DNA of 63,595 bases, filler included, from Clostridiaceae bacterium (GTDB lineage Bacteria; Bacillota; Clostridia; CAYPLH01; DUMO01), in NCBI GenBank assembly GCA_012839865.1. It is 3 parts of 3 records of this genome, joined end to end, with 100 filler letters (N's around TTAATTAATTAA, not from the genome) between each part and the next. Parts side by side here need not be neighbours in the genome. Positions count along the whole stretch, not along the records: positions 1 to 17,891 come from DUMO01000088.1; positions 17,992 to 40,715 come from DUMO01000067.1; 1 more part is not named here. One strand, 5' to 3'. Of this stretch, positions 11,141 through 20,616 are shown piece by piece. Made by a program: the position numbers and the translations under genes. Numbering within the stretch: position 1 is the stretch's first letter; each line of letters opens with the position of its first letter. The notes beneath the pieces are model-generated. The model did not search any database, had not been told where the DNA came from, and was given only the letters and a program-made list of their open reading frames with translations.

Positions 11141-11302
11141 AATCTCCCCACCTTTATTCAATTATAAAAAAGTAAATATTTGTGATTTTACTTAAATGTT
11201 TTTTCTCAGGTGTGTATATGTCAGATATGCGCAACATAGATTTCTATGATGAAGCTTCATAATAGGCAAGATGAGAAATACTTAAATTCTCTGTGCATCG
11301 TA

Positions 11303-11331
11303 TTTACTAATATAAAAAAATAATGTAAAAT
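11303..11331 (+). promoter_or_regulatory. Putative sigma-A promoter for the mini-CRISPR RNA
   Basis: TTTACT(11303-11308)-17 bp-TAAAAT(11326-11331); the predicted start falls at the first base of the pseudo-repeat (~11337-11338). Confidence 0.55.
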
Positions 11332-11337
11332 TTAATA

Positions 11338-11437
11338 GTCGTATCAATCGATACGTGGATTTAAATTTAGTCTAGAATATTTGCGTTTGGGGTATGTCAA
11401 CCTCTATAGCATTTATGCAAGTAGAGGTTGATTATAT
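11338..11437 (+). ncRNA. Mini-CRISPR / crRNA-like regulatory RNA (CreR-like): pseudo-repeat - 29-nt guide - pseudo-repeat hairpin
   Basis: GTCGTATCAATCGATACG|TGGATTTAAAT resembles the array repeat (GTCG start, CGTATC/GATACG stem, 11-nt handle with 1 mismatch). The guide matches the PAM-flanked cas promoter at 11517-11532. A second GTC-initiated hairpin lies at 11396-11437. Confidence 0.78.
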
Positions 11438-11518
11438 CACCAACATAACTTTATTCTTACGTTAACTTCCTTACTCACAATAGGGTAAAAATTAATTCAT
11501 TTTTTACTTTACATTCTT

Positions 11519-11547
11519 AATATAGAATATTTTGTTGGAATTGTCAA
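11519..11547 (-). promoter_or_regulatory. Putative sigma-A promoter of the cas operon (target of the mini-CRISPR guide)
   Basis: Minus strand TTGACA-17 bp-TATATT pointing toward cas3. Confidence 0.7.
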
Positions 11548-12055
11548 TAATTATTTTATCCCTTGCACAATTTTTACAAAATATCTAATATAAAAGTTCA
11601 GTTTAGCTTCTCATAACTTTTTGACATTCTATTTTTGCATAGCATTATTAACATTTTTCGACATTATTATCATATATCCTTCTGTTATTAAAAATTTTAA
11701 CACATAAATATTGACAATTTCCATATCATGAATATAACTTTTTTAGAACTTGAGACCTTGAACACTTTATTAAGTACCGCAACCTACCAAATATTTTTCT
11801 CAGAAATTCCACCAAAGTGTTATTCGGCACCGTAATACACTGCACAATATTCGAAAAAGAAAATAAAAAACACAAAAACGTCCAAGTGCAACCAACCCCT
11901 GAACGCTCACATAAGGTAACAAAAACCTATACCTAAACTTCACAACAAATAAGGTCAAATTTTAACAACTACAGAAATTCCAATACATTCCGATTCAAAT
12001 ATCAAAAAACCCCATAATATCCCAACCTTCAAGGAAATACCGATTATCCCCCCAA

Positions 12056-12152
12056 CAGGTTTAACAGTACCAAGGCGACCAGGCGGTAAGAATGAACATG
12101 CATACATCTCCGCGGCAGGCTTAACAGCACCAAATCGACTGGACGGTTAGAA
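12056..12152. repeat. Two imperfect 37-bp direct repeats, 60-bp period
   Basis: CAGGTTTAACAGTACCAAGGCGACCAGGCGGTAAGAA (12056) vs CAGGCTTAACAGCACCAAATCGACTGGACGGTTAGAA (12116); 29/37 identical. Confidence 0.75.
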
Positions 12153-12203
12153 AGAGCGTAATAAACACGCCCCCCCACAAGCTTAGCGCCCCTAAAGTCC
12201 CCC

Positions 12204-13523
12204 TCACATCACACTCACCGCACGAATATCTACCCCTTCATCGCCACCGTGCCCCTGAAAAACACCAATCTTATTCTTGCCTGCTCTTTTTGCCTCATAC
12301 ATTGCAAAGTCCGGCTGGTCTATTATATCCGTAATTTTTCTCGTCCAATGGCAGGAGGAACTTATTCCGATACTTAAACCCGGGGTTATGTCAATCATTT
12401 TGCCAATAGCTTTATTGGATTCTTCAAGATACCGGTTCTGAATTCTTTTTGCAATATTGACTGCCTGTTCTTCATTGCAATCCCTTAGAAGCACAAGGAA
12501 CTCATCTCCGCCAAACCTTGCGGGAATATCTGTTTTTCTGCAAGTCTCCCTTATAATTTTACCCAGGAGACGAAGCAGGGCATCTCCTCCCTGGTGCCCG
12601 CATGCCTCATTTATTTCTTTAAAATTATCAAGATCTAAAAATAATAAACAGTGCTCACTTGAGTCAAAAGACTCTTGAGCTATGTACTCTCCCAGAGTAT
12701 GCACCAAATAAGTGCGGTTTAGTACACCGGTAAGGTCGTCATGAATCATTTTTTCATATAAAATATCCTTCTCTTTAATAGCATTTTCCAACGCCCTGGT
12801 CCGGTTGGACAAAAGTTTTCCCTGGTAAATTGCAGTGGCAAGCATCATAAGCACAGGCCCCGCCCATGGAATGTCCACGAATACGGAAACACCAATCGCA
12901 TGCAGCACACCGGACAATCCTGTCGCCGCCCAACCGCTAAAACCCACAGCTAGCGGCCAATAAAGCGTACGGCATTCGGGATGCTTTTTGTAATGCCACA
13001 TAAAAATTATATAACATGTGAAAAGGTAGCCCATAATATAGAGCAGAAGCAGCTTAAAGCCAAAACCCTTTATCATTGTAGGATGTGGTGAAATTTTTAC
13101 TCTCCGTGTAATTACCCATTTATCCTCAAACCATACAAGAGCAATGCATATAAAGCAATTTATTATAGTTAGAAGCTTTATTTTTTTATATGAGCGGTTT
13201 GTCACGCCTTTAATGAAGGAAATGCCAAAGAACGGCGATATGGATAATCCCATATAGCTGAATCTGGTCCAAAAATCCACAGCCTTTACCGTGGTGGAGG
13301 ATGTATACAGGGCATAACCGGCTAAAAGAAGAAAAAAAGAGAACTCCAGGGTAATCAAGCTTGGCAAAAGTGAGCCATTGCGGTTATAAAAGTAAGCTGC
13401 AACAGTATAAATAAGAACAATAAATATAATCATTGCTGCTATTGCAGGACCAATAGAGTCAATACTAAGCTTAATAAAACTCTCAGGTACCAGTTCAAAA
13501 GCACCGCTTTGGTATTCATACAT
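12204..13523 (-). CDS. Membrane-anchored diguanylate cyclase (multi-TM sensor + GGDEF)
   Basis: About 7 hydrophobic segments followed by DDLTGVLNR, LDLDNFKEIN, RFGGDEF, with an RxxD I-site (RKTD). The ATG at 13523 follows a GGGGAAGG RBS. Confidence 0.9.
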   Translation of the reverse strand: MYEYQSGAFELVPESFIKLSIDSIGPAIAAMIIFIVLIYTVAAYFYNRNGSLLPSLITLEFSFFLLLAGYALYTSSTTVKAVDFWTRFSYMGLSISPFFGISFIKGVTNRSYKKIKLLTIINCFICIALVWFEDKWVITRRVKISPHPTMIKGFGFKLLLLYIMGYLFTCYIIFMWHYKKHPECRTLYWPLAVGFSGWAATGLSGVLHAIGVSVFVDIPWAGPVLMMLATAIYQGKLLSNRTRALENAIKEKDILYEKMIHDDLTGVLNRTYLVHTLGEYIAQESFDSSEHCLLFLDLDNFKEINEACGHQGGDALLRLLGKIIRETCRKTDIPARFGGDEFLVLLRDCNEEQAVNIAKRIQNRYLEESNKAIGKMIDITPGLSIGISSSCHWTRKITDIIDQPDFAMYEAKRAGKNKIGVFQGHGGDEGVDIRAVSVM

Positions 13524-14061
13524 AACCTTCCCCACCCCACTCTTTCAATTTCGTACAAACACCTCAATCAGAGCTTGGTTCATTACAACTGTTTCAGAAA
13601 AATTATTCTGTACTGTAAACCATACTGCAAAATGTCGTGCTTAACACATGAATACAGGCTTTGATGAACATATCGGACAATTGCCGGTCCTCGCCATTCA
13701 AAGCCCATGCTTGTTTAAGAATCACAGCATATATTTCAAGTTTAGCAAATTCAACTTACATTTTTTATGAATAAACCCCATTCATAAACAGCTATATAAA
13801 ATATAGCACAGTTTCAAATTCCTTATTTCCAAAAATGGAAGTGCTTCTGTATATGGATAAACTGATTATTATTCTTCGAACAGAATAATTATATTGCCAA
13901 AGCCAAACTTCATACCTTAGCTTGTTTTATTTCGTAAATAATATAACTTATTGCGTCAAATGTCAATATGCCTGTTCCAGGGTTTGCTTCTTGCCCAGCG
14001 CATTACATGCTTGCTTTTAACCAACGGTTTTTAATTACCAAACCCGCAACAGAAAAAACAG

Positions 14062-14093
14062 AGCGGGAAGCCCGTTCATTGTGACTTCCCGCT
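14062..14093 (-). terminator. Intrinsic terminator after the decarboxylase operon
   Basis: AGCGGGAAG/CTTCCCGCT stem followed by a T-run on the minus strand. Confidence 0.7.
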
Positions 14094-14166
14094 TTATCGC
14101 GCATACCCGTGCAATATTTCCCGGTAATACTTATCAATCAAACATCTATCGGAAAAAACGCATTAT

Positions 14167-15309
14167 TTACTTCCCAAACAACGCGAGCAAAATACCTGCC
14201 GCCACGGCAGAACCAATTACTCCTGCAACGTTGGGACCCATTGCATGCATGAGAAGGTAATTTGATTTATTCGCCTTTTGCCCTTCAATCTGGGAAACCC
14301 TTGCAGCCATCGGAACTGCAGATACTCCTGCGGAGCCTATCAGAGGATTGATTTTACCACCCGAAAGCCAGCACATCAATTTTCCCATAAGCAGACCGCC
14401 TATGGTGCTGAACATGAAAGCCATAAGGCCTAGTCCGATAATCATTAATGTTTGCGGCCTCAGAAACTTTTCAGCAGATGCGGTGGCGCCGACAGTTACT
14501 CCAAGGAATATGGTTACAATGTTAATCAGGGCATTTTGTGCCGTATCTGAAATTCTGTCAACAACACCTGACTCCTTGAATAAATTTCCCAACATGAGCA
14601 TACCTATCAAAGGCGCAACGGAAGGAAGCAAAAGAATGCAGAAAACCGCAACAACAATGGGGAAGCATATTTTTTCAAGCTTGGATACTTCCCTGAGCTG
14701 CTCCATCTTAATTTCCCTTTCCTTTTTTGTTGTCAACAATCGCATAAGGGGCGGCTGTATCATAGGAATCAATGCCATATATGAATACGCTGCTATAGCT
14801 ATTGCAGACAGCAAATCTGGTGCAAGCCTCGTTGCAAGGTAAATGGCGGTAGGTCCGTCTGCACCGCCTATTATACCTATAGATGCAGCCTCCTGGGGCT
14901 TAAATCCAAGCGCAGAAGCAATAATAAAAGCAGCAAATATTCCAAACTGTGCCCCGGCTCCCATAAAAAGCCCTGACGGCCTGGCAATAAGGGGACCAAA
15001 GTCCGTCATTGCACCGATTCCAAGAAAAATCAAGGAAGGATATATTCCCAGCTTAACTCCCAGGTATAAATAATACAGCAATCCCCCCGGTTCGGTAGAG
15101 CCCTCCACAGGTTCGGCCATAAGACCTGAAAGCGGAAGATTTACAAGCAGCATGCCGAAGGCGATAGGCAACAGCAATAATGGTTCAAATTTTTTCGCGA
15201 TGGCAAGATATATAAGAACACACGCGACTACAATCATTATAAGTTCTTTCCAGGTAATAGCTGCAAACCCGGACCCGCTCCATATTGTTTTAATTGCATC
15301 CAAAAACAT
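14167..15309 (-). CDS. oadB: Na+-translocating decarboxylase beta subunit (OadB/MmdB family)
   Basis: FEPLLLLPIAFG, IGIIGGADGPTAIY, SAVPMAARV, HAMGPNVAGVIGS motifs. Confidence 0.95.
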   Translation of the reverse strand: MFLDAIKTIWSGSGFAAITWKELIMIVVACVLIYLAIAKKFEPLLLLPIAFGMLLVNLPLSGLMAEPVEGSTEPGGLLYYLYLGVKLGIYPSLIFLGIGAMTDFGPLIARPSGLFMGAGAQFGIFAAFIIASALGFKPQEAASIGIIGGADGPTAIYLATRLAPDLLSAIAIAAYSYMALIPMIQPPLMRLLTTKKEREIKMEQLREVSKLEKICFPIVVAVFCILLLPSVAPLIGMLMLGNLFKESGVVDRISDTAQNALINIVTIFLGVTVGATASAEKFLRPQTLMIIGLGLMAFMFSTIGGLLMGKLMCWLSGGKINPLIGSAGVSAVPMAARVSQIEGQKANKSNYLLMHAMGPNVAGVIGSAVAAGILLALFGK

Positions 15310-15324
15310 TGTACATTCACCTCA

Positions 15325-15738
15325 CTATATGATTAAAGCCAAAACATCGCCGGTAGAAACGGATGAACCTTTTCCGACGGTAATTTGGTCAATCACTCCA
15401 TCGATAGGTGCTGTAACCTCATTCTCCATCTTCATGGCTTCCAGAATAAATACTACATCTCCCTGCTTAACTTTTTGTCCTGCAGACACTTTAACAGCCA
15501 GAATCGTACCGGGCATTGGCGCAGTTAACGGCTTGCCCTTGCTGTTTGCTGCAGCCGGAGCTGGCGCAGGTGCAGCAGCCGGTGCCGGTGCAGGTGCGGG
15601 TGCAGGTGCAGCAGTATTGGCTTTGACAACCGGAGCCGCATTTGGAGCAGCAATCTCCTCGGTTTTCACAATGCTGGCCTGTCCTTTCTCAACTTCAACC
15701 TCGTATTTCCTATTATTTATGGTAACAATATATTTCAT
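15325..15738 (-). CDS. Biotin carboxyl carrier subunit (MmdC-like)
   Basis: Ala/Pro linker plus biotinyl domain with EAMKM motif. Confidence 0.93.
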   Translation of the reverse strand: MKYIVTINNRKYEVEVEKGQASIVKTEEIAAPNAAPVVKANTAAPAPAPAPAPAAAPAPAPAAANSKGKPLTAPMPGTILAVKVSAGQKVKQGDVVFILEAMKMENEVTAPIDGVIDQITVGKGSSVSTGDVLALII

Positions 15739-15788
15739 GTAGTTTCCCCCTTCTAATATACATTTTAAGACCTCGCCGTGTTATGCAC

Positions 15789-16130
15789 TCAGTTCTGTAA
15801 AGCTTTTATTGATTTGAAGCAGAGCTCTGACAATGGGATTTGTGTTTCATCGCTGACAATAGCCATAATCATTGCAGCTGTTTTTTCATCTACATCAATA
15901 AGCTTCAATACGCCTGATGAAATGCTTCCTGAACTCCCGCTTCCTGTTGCCATAGCAACAGCAACTGGTGTACCGGCCACATCACTGGTAGCAGATGTCT
16001 CAACCTTTTTGTTCACGAAAGCTCCCAATACCATTGGTAAAATTTTTATCAAGGCAAATAGAGAAGCAAGCACAGCAAACACCAATGACATTGAAAATAC
16101 AGTAACAACTAAACTTTCTGATATGGACAT
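15789..16130 (-). CDS. Decarboxylase gamma/delta subunit (OadG family)
   Basis: Single N-terminal TM helix, AAMIMAIV C-terminal motif, operon position. Confidence 0.8.
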   Translation of the reverse strand: MSISESLVVTVFSMSLVFAVLASLFALIKILPMVLGAFVNKKVETSATSDVAGTPVAVAMATGSGSSGSISSGVLKLIDVDEKTAAMIMAIVSDETQIPLSELCFKSIKALQN

Positions 16131-16141
16131 GTGGATCCCCC

Positions 16142-17521
16142 TTACACTTTCTCTATGGAATAAGTAACCTTTACTGCCTTACTCTCTTCCCGTTCCTTGA
16201 AAAACTTCTCTGCAATCTGGGGAAAAGCAATATATGAAAGTACATCCTCGTCTGATTGTGCAATACCTTTGAGCTGTTCCCTTACTTTGTCAAACTGAGG
16301 TTCAAGAGTATCAGCAAACCTTGTGGTAATAGGTTTTTCATCCCCCAGTACCTGCTTCACCAAATCAGGGTTTAACTCACCAGGCGCTTTGCCATACTCT
16401 CCCTTTAAATACGATCTTACTTCCTTCGTCACACTCTTATATCTTTCTCCCGTAAGAACATTCAAGGTTGACTGAACACCGACCATCTGGCTCATAGGAG
16501 TAACAAGAGGCGGATACCCGAGGTCTTTTCTTACGTGCGGGATCTCTTCCAGAACCTCATCCAGCTTGTTAATTGCATTTTGAGCCTTCAACTGGGCTAT
16601 AAGATTCGACAGCATTCCGCCTGGCACCTGATATACCAGGGCGTCGGTTTCAATTCCCATAACGAAAGCGTCCAAAAGTCCTGAAGAAACATATTTTGCT
16701 TTTACAGGTCTGAAAAAGTCGTTAATCTCTTTCAGTGTCTTTTCATTCAGTCCGGTTTCATAACCGGCCTGCTTCAACGAATAATTCATTGTTTCTGTTG
16801 CGGGCTGGGATGTTCCTCCGCCAAAGGATGATATTGCACAGTCTATACCATCACAACCTGCTTCTATTGCCTTAAAATAAGTAATGGGACCTAGGCCGGT
16901 GGTTGAATGCGTGTGCACATATACCGGTATTTTAATGGTTTCCTTCAGGGTTTTAACAAGGTCATATGCTTCCTGGGGCCCCATGATGCCTGCCATGTCT
17001 TTAATGCACAGGGAATGAACTCCCATGTTTTCCAGTTCTTTGCCCATCTTTGCATAGCTTTCAAGATTGTGTATAGGGCTTGTAGTATAGCAAATACATC
17101 CCTGGGCATGGGCTTTTTGTTTCAAAACTTCATCCAAAGCCACCTGAATATTTCTGAAATCGTTGACAGCATCGAATAACCGGAAAATGTCCATGCCATT
17201 GTAAGCTGCCTGGGCAACGAATTTTCTTACCACGTCATCGGGATAATGCCTGTAACCCAATATATTCTGGCCTCTGAACAGCATCTGAAGAGGCGTTTTT
17301 TTAACCTTTGCCCTTATCTTCCTGAGCCTCTCCCACGGGTCTTCGTTAAGATACCTGAGGCATGAATCGAAAGTCGCCCCGCCCCAGCATTCAATTGAAT
17401 AGTAGCCTGCATTATCAATGGTTTCCAAAATATCTTCAAAATCCGAAAACGGCATTCTGGTGGCAACCAGAGATTGATTAGCATCTCTTAGTACTGTTTC
17501 TGTAATATTGATTTTTTTCAT
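16142..17521 (-). CDS. oadA: Oxaloacetate decarboxylase alpha / pyruvate carboxylase B carboxyltransferase (no fused biotinyl domain)
   Basis: ETVLRDANQSL, WGGATFDSC, EDPWERL, CIKDMAG, HTHSTTG, PPLVTPMSQMVG motifs. Confidence 0.93.
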   Translation of the reverse strand: MKKINITETVLRDANQSLVATRMPFSDFEDILETIDNAGYYSIECWGGATFDSCLRYLNEDPWERLRKIRAKVKKTPLQMLFRGQNILGYRHYPDDVVRKFVAQAAYNGMDIFRLFDAVNDFRNIQVALDEVLKQKAHAQGCICYTTSPIHNLESYAKMGKELENMGVHSLCIKDMAGIMGPQEAYDLVKTLKETIKIPVYVHTHSTTGLGPITYFKAIEAGCDGIDCAISSFGGGTSQPATETMNYSLKQAGYETGLNEKTLKEINDFFRPVKAKYVSSGLLDAFVMGIETDALVYQVPGGMLSNLIAQLKAQNAINKLDEVLEEIPHVRKDLGYPPLVTPMSQMVGVQSTLNVLTGERYKSVTKEVRSYLKGEYGKAPGELNPDLVKQVLGDEKPITTRFADTLEPQFDKVREQLKGIAQSDEDVLSYIAFPQIAEKFFKEREESKAVKVTYSIEKV

Positions 17522-17891
17522 AACTGTATCAACTCCTTTTCATTTTCGTTTCTTCGTTCTTTTTTGGTTTTATTATTGCGATTAAACCCTGCTGACTTTA
17601 GAAAAGCAGAAAAGCTTTTTATAAATTTCCTGCTATTGAAACCAAAATCCCTGGAATGTTAAAACATTCACAAGATATAATAACATTTTTAGTCTGCTTT
17701 ATGCAAGCTGTCCTTCTTGTCAAACATAGCTAAAAATCGGGAGTATATTTTAGTCAAAATATAAAGACTCATGACTTTATAATTTTGCGGCAGTATTAAT
17801 GCTTATACCTTTCATTTTAAATAAATGAAATATTGAAGAGAATTGACAATCAGGCAGGAAAGTATCAGAACTTAAAGTTATATCCCATTTA

Positions 17892-17991
17892 NNNNNNNNN
17901 NNNNNNNNNNNNNNNNNNNNNNNNNNNNNNNNNNNTTAATTAATTAANNNNNNNNNNNNNNNNNNNNNNNNNNNNNNNNNNNNNNNNNNNN
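17892..17991. other. Artificial contig linker (44 N + TTAATTAATTAA + 44 N)
   Basis: Exactly 100 bp with a six-frame stop cassette in the middle; identical to the linker at 40716. Confidence 0.97.
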
Positions 17992-18812
17992 ATAATGTTC
18001 ATAAAAAATATATTTTGGAAGAGGGCATGCCGATTCAACCTTTAATTGATTTAGGCATTTTTGATGATAATTATCATGTCTATAAATCGAAATATGACAA
18101 GTTCCAGCAGATTAACCGGTTTGTTGAGATAATTGCAGATGAATTCAAGGATTATGAGAAGAATGAGTTGACCATTATTGATTTCGGATGCGGGAAATCC
18201 TATTTAACTTTTATAATTTACTATTATTTTGTGTTTATAAAGAAAATCAATGTTAAAATCATGGGTTTTGATTTAAAAGATGATGTTGTCAGACACTGTA
18301 ATGAAATTGCAGAAAAATATAATTACAAAAATATTCGTTTTATTACAGGAGACATTTCAAAAATTGAAACGTGCCAGGAGCATGTGGACATGATTATTAC
18401 TTTGCATGCCTGTGATACTGCAACGGATTATGCTTTGTTTTTTGCCATCAAGAATAAAATAAAATATATATTTTCCGTCCCATGCTGCCAGCACGAAGTA
18501 AACAAGCAGATATCAAACAAGAATGAATTCTCAATATTGCTGCAGCATGGTTTGTATAAAGAACGATTCTCCGCCATTCTGACCGATGCAATTCGTTGCG
18601 AAGTCCTTCAAAACCATGGTTATGAGGTGGATGTTGTTGAATTTGTAGATTTCGAAAATACTCCGAAGAACGCCATGATTCGTGGGAAATACAAGGGTAA
18701 AAAAGCATCGCCGGAAAGCAATACGAATCTGCAAAAGTTAGTTGATGAGTTTAACATTAATCCAACGATTCTAAGGCTTTTTGAGAAGGAAAGCCCGGCA
18801 GGCGGAGAGTAG
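17992..18812 (+). CDS. SAM-dependent methyltransferase (5' truncated at contig edge)
   Basis: IIDFGCGKSYLTF motif I, LHACDTATD, VPCCQHE; the frame is open back to the gap. Confidence 0.85.
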
Positions 18813-19041
18813 CTCTGGCTGGAATATTTTCCGAATACAAGTATAGAAAGTTGGTTTGATGTTTTACGGCATGCAGCAGCAAGTTGGGTGAAGGTCCTGG
18901 TGTAAATTGTTGCAGGATAAAAAGAACAAGGTCCATAGCCTTGACCGGGGTGGATGGATGTGCTAAAGTAGCCAAAAGGTGAAGAATAACGCCAAGGCAT
19001 GTAGAACAGCCTGGCTCAGCGGAATATAAGGAGGATGGCAA

Positions 19042-19434
19042 TTGCAATATACAATTCGAACCACAAAACCACAACAGTTTATCAATATAACCAGCAAGGT
19101 TGCTGAAGAGGTTAAAAACAGCAATGTGCAGGACGGTATTGCGGTCGTATTTGTGCCCCATACTACTGCAGGAGTCACAATAAACGAAAATGCCGACCCG
19201 GATGTTGTGCGGGATATGATTTTCACACTGGAAGAAACTTATCCTGTGAATGGAGATTACACTCACTTTGAAGGGAATTCCCATGCTCATATAAAAGCTT
19301 CTCTCATGGGCTCCTCCTGTACCGTTATAATCCGGAACGGAAAACTTTTGCTTGGAACCTGGCAGGGGATCTATTTTTGCGAATTTGACGGGCCCAGAAG
19401 CAGGGAGTTTTATGTGAAGATTATTGAAGGATGA
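19042..19434 (+). CDS. yjbQ: YjbQ / UPF0047 family protein (secondary thiamine-phosphate synthase-like)
   Basis: PHTTAGVTINENADPDV, EGNSHAHIKASL, LGTWQGIYFCEFDGPR. Confidence 0.93.
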   Translation: MQYTIRTTKPQQFINITSKVAEEVKNSNVQDGIAVVFVPHTTAGVTINENADPDVVRDMIFTLEETYPVNGDYTHFEGNSHAHIKASLMGSSCTVIIRNGKLLLGTWQGIYFCEFDGPRSREFYVKIIEG

Positions 19435-19542
19435 TTGGAGCATGGCGGTATAGCAGGTATTCTTGCAGGAAGTGTAAAAGAATAGTACCATAGATATAAA
19501 TAGTTTATTAATAACTTAAGCTTGGGATGAGGGGGAGAAGGT

Positions 19543-20376
19543 TTGAAGCTTGTTTCATGGAATATTGATTCATTAAACGCAGTGATAACAGGCGTTTCGA
19601 CACGAGCCGAATTAAGCCGTAAGGTAATAAAAACAATTGCGGAAATCGAACCGGAAGTCGTTGCCTTGCAGGAAACGAAGCTGCCATGCGATGGACCTGC
19701 AAAAATTGTATTGGAAGTTTTAAATGATACGTTTCCTGAATATGAGATTGTGTGGAATTGTTCGGTGGAACCTGCACGCAAAGGCTATGCCGGCACCATG
19801 TTCATGTATAAGAATAATTTGAAGCCAATTGTAAGTTATCCAAAAATAGGTGCACCTGGTACCATGGATTTTGAAGGCAGAATTATTACATTAGAGTTCG
19901 ATGACTGCTACATAACACAAGTATATACCCCCAATGCAGGTGAAAGCTTAAGCCGTTTAAAGGATCGGCAGATTTGGGATGTTAAATATGCTGATTATCT
20001 TGAAAACCTGGATAAGAGCAAATATGTCGTGGCAGCAGGCGATTTTAATGTAGCCCACAGGGAAATCGATTTGGCCCATCCTGCCAGCAACCGTAATTCA
20101 GCAGGTTTTACCGATGAGGAGCGGGAAGGTTTTACAAATCTTTTGAAAAGAGGTTTTACAGATACGTTTCGCTACATACATGGGGATGTAACAGGTGTTT
20201 ATTCCTGGTGGTCACAGCTTATAAAAACAAGCAAGATTAACAATTCAGGCTGGAGAATTGATTATTGGCTGGTGAGCAACAGGATTGCAGATAGAGTACT
20301 AAAATCAGAAATGATTGATTCAGGGCCAAGGCAGGACCACACGCCAATACTGCTGGAAATTGATTTGCAGGTGTGA
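19543..20376 (+). CDS. xth: Exodeoxyribonuclease III / AP endonuclease
   Basis: SWNIDS, LQETK, GYAG, EGRII, YTPN, GDFNVAH, GWRIDY, DHTP motifs. Confidence 0.95.
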   Translation: MKLVSWNIDSLNAVITGVSTRAELSRKVIKTIAEIEPEVVALQETKLPCDGPAKIVLEVLNDTFPEYEIVWNCSVEPARKGYAGTMFMYKNNLKPIVSYPKIGAPGTMDFEGRIITLEFDDCYITQVYTPNAGESLSRLKDRQIWDVKYADYLENLDKSKYVVAAGDFNVAHREIDLAHPASNRNSAGFTDEEREGFTNLLKRGFTDTFRYIHGDVTGVYSWWSQLIKTSKINNSGWRIDYWLVSNRIADRVLKSEMIDSGPRQDHTPILLEIDLQV

Positions 20377-20616
20377 AGAAAGAGTACTGTCAGTTAAAGT
20401 GGAATGAAGGAGTGAAAGATTATATTGTATTGGAGGTTAAACCTAATCCAGGTGAAGGCAGTCAAGGCAGAATGAAAACAAGGACGAGGGATAATTTGAC
20501 CCGATTATGGGAAAACAACTTGTGATATTATTTATTTAGATGTCCGGCACCGGCAGAAAACCTTTGCTGGGGCTGTAATAACAATTCATGATTATGTTGA
20601 TTCAAGGAGGATACAC

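Noticed and set aside
11161..11300. Small minus-strand ORFs (13-27 aa) upstream of cas3 as toxin or anti-CRISPR genes
   Set aside because: No RBS and no recognisable motif.
13540..14040. c-di-GMP riboswitch upstream of the GGDEF gene
   Set aside because: A GCAAACC fragment is present but the GAAA tetraloop/receptor and second stem of the GEMM motif are not.
15540..15650. GC-rich GCA/GGT repeats
   Set aside because: They encode the normal Ala/Pro linker of the biotin carrier.
17936..17947. TTAATTAATTAA as a biological palindrome or att site
   Set aside because: Centred in N-runs and repeated identically at 40760-40771; a synthetic linker.
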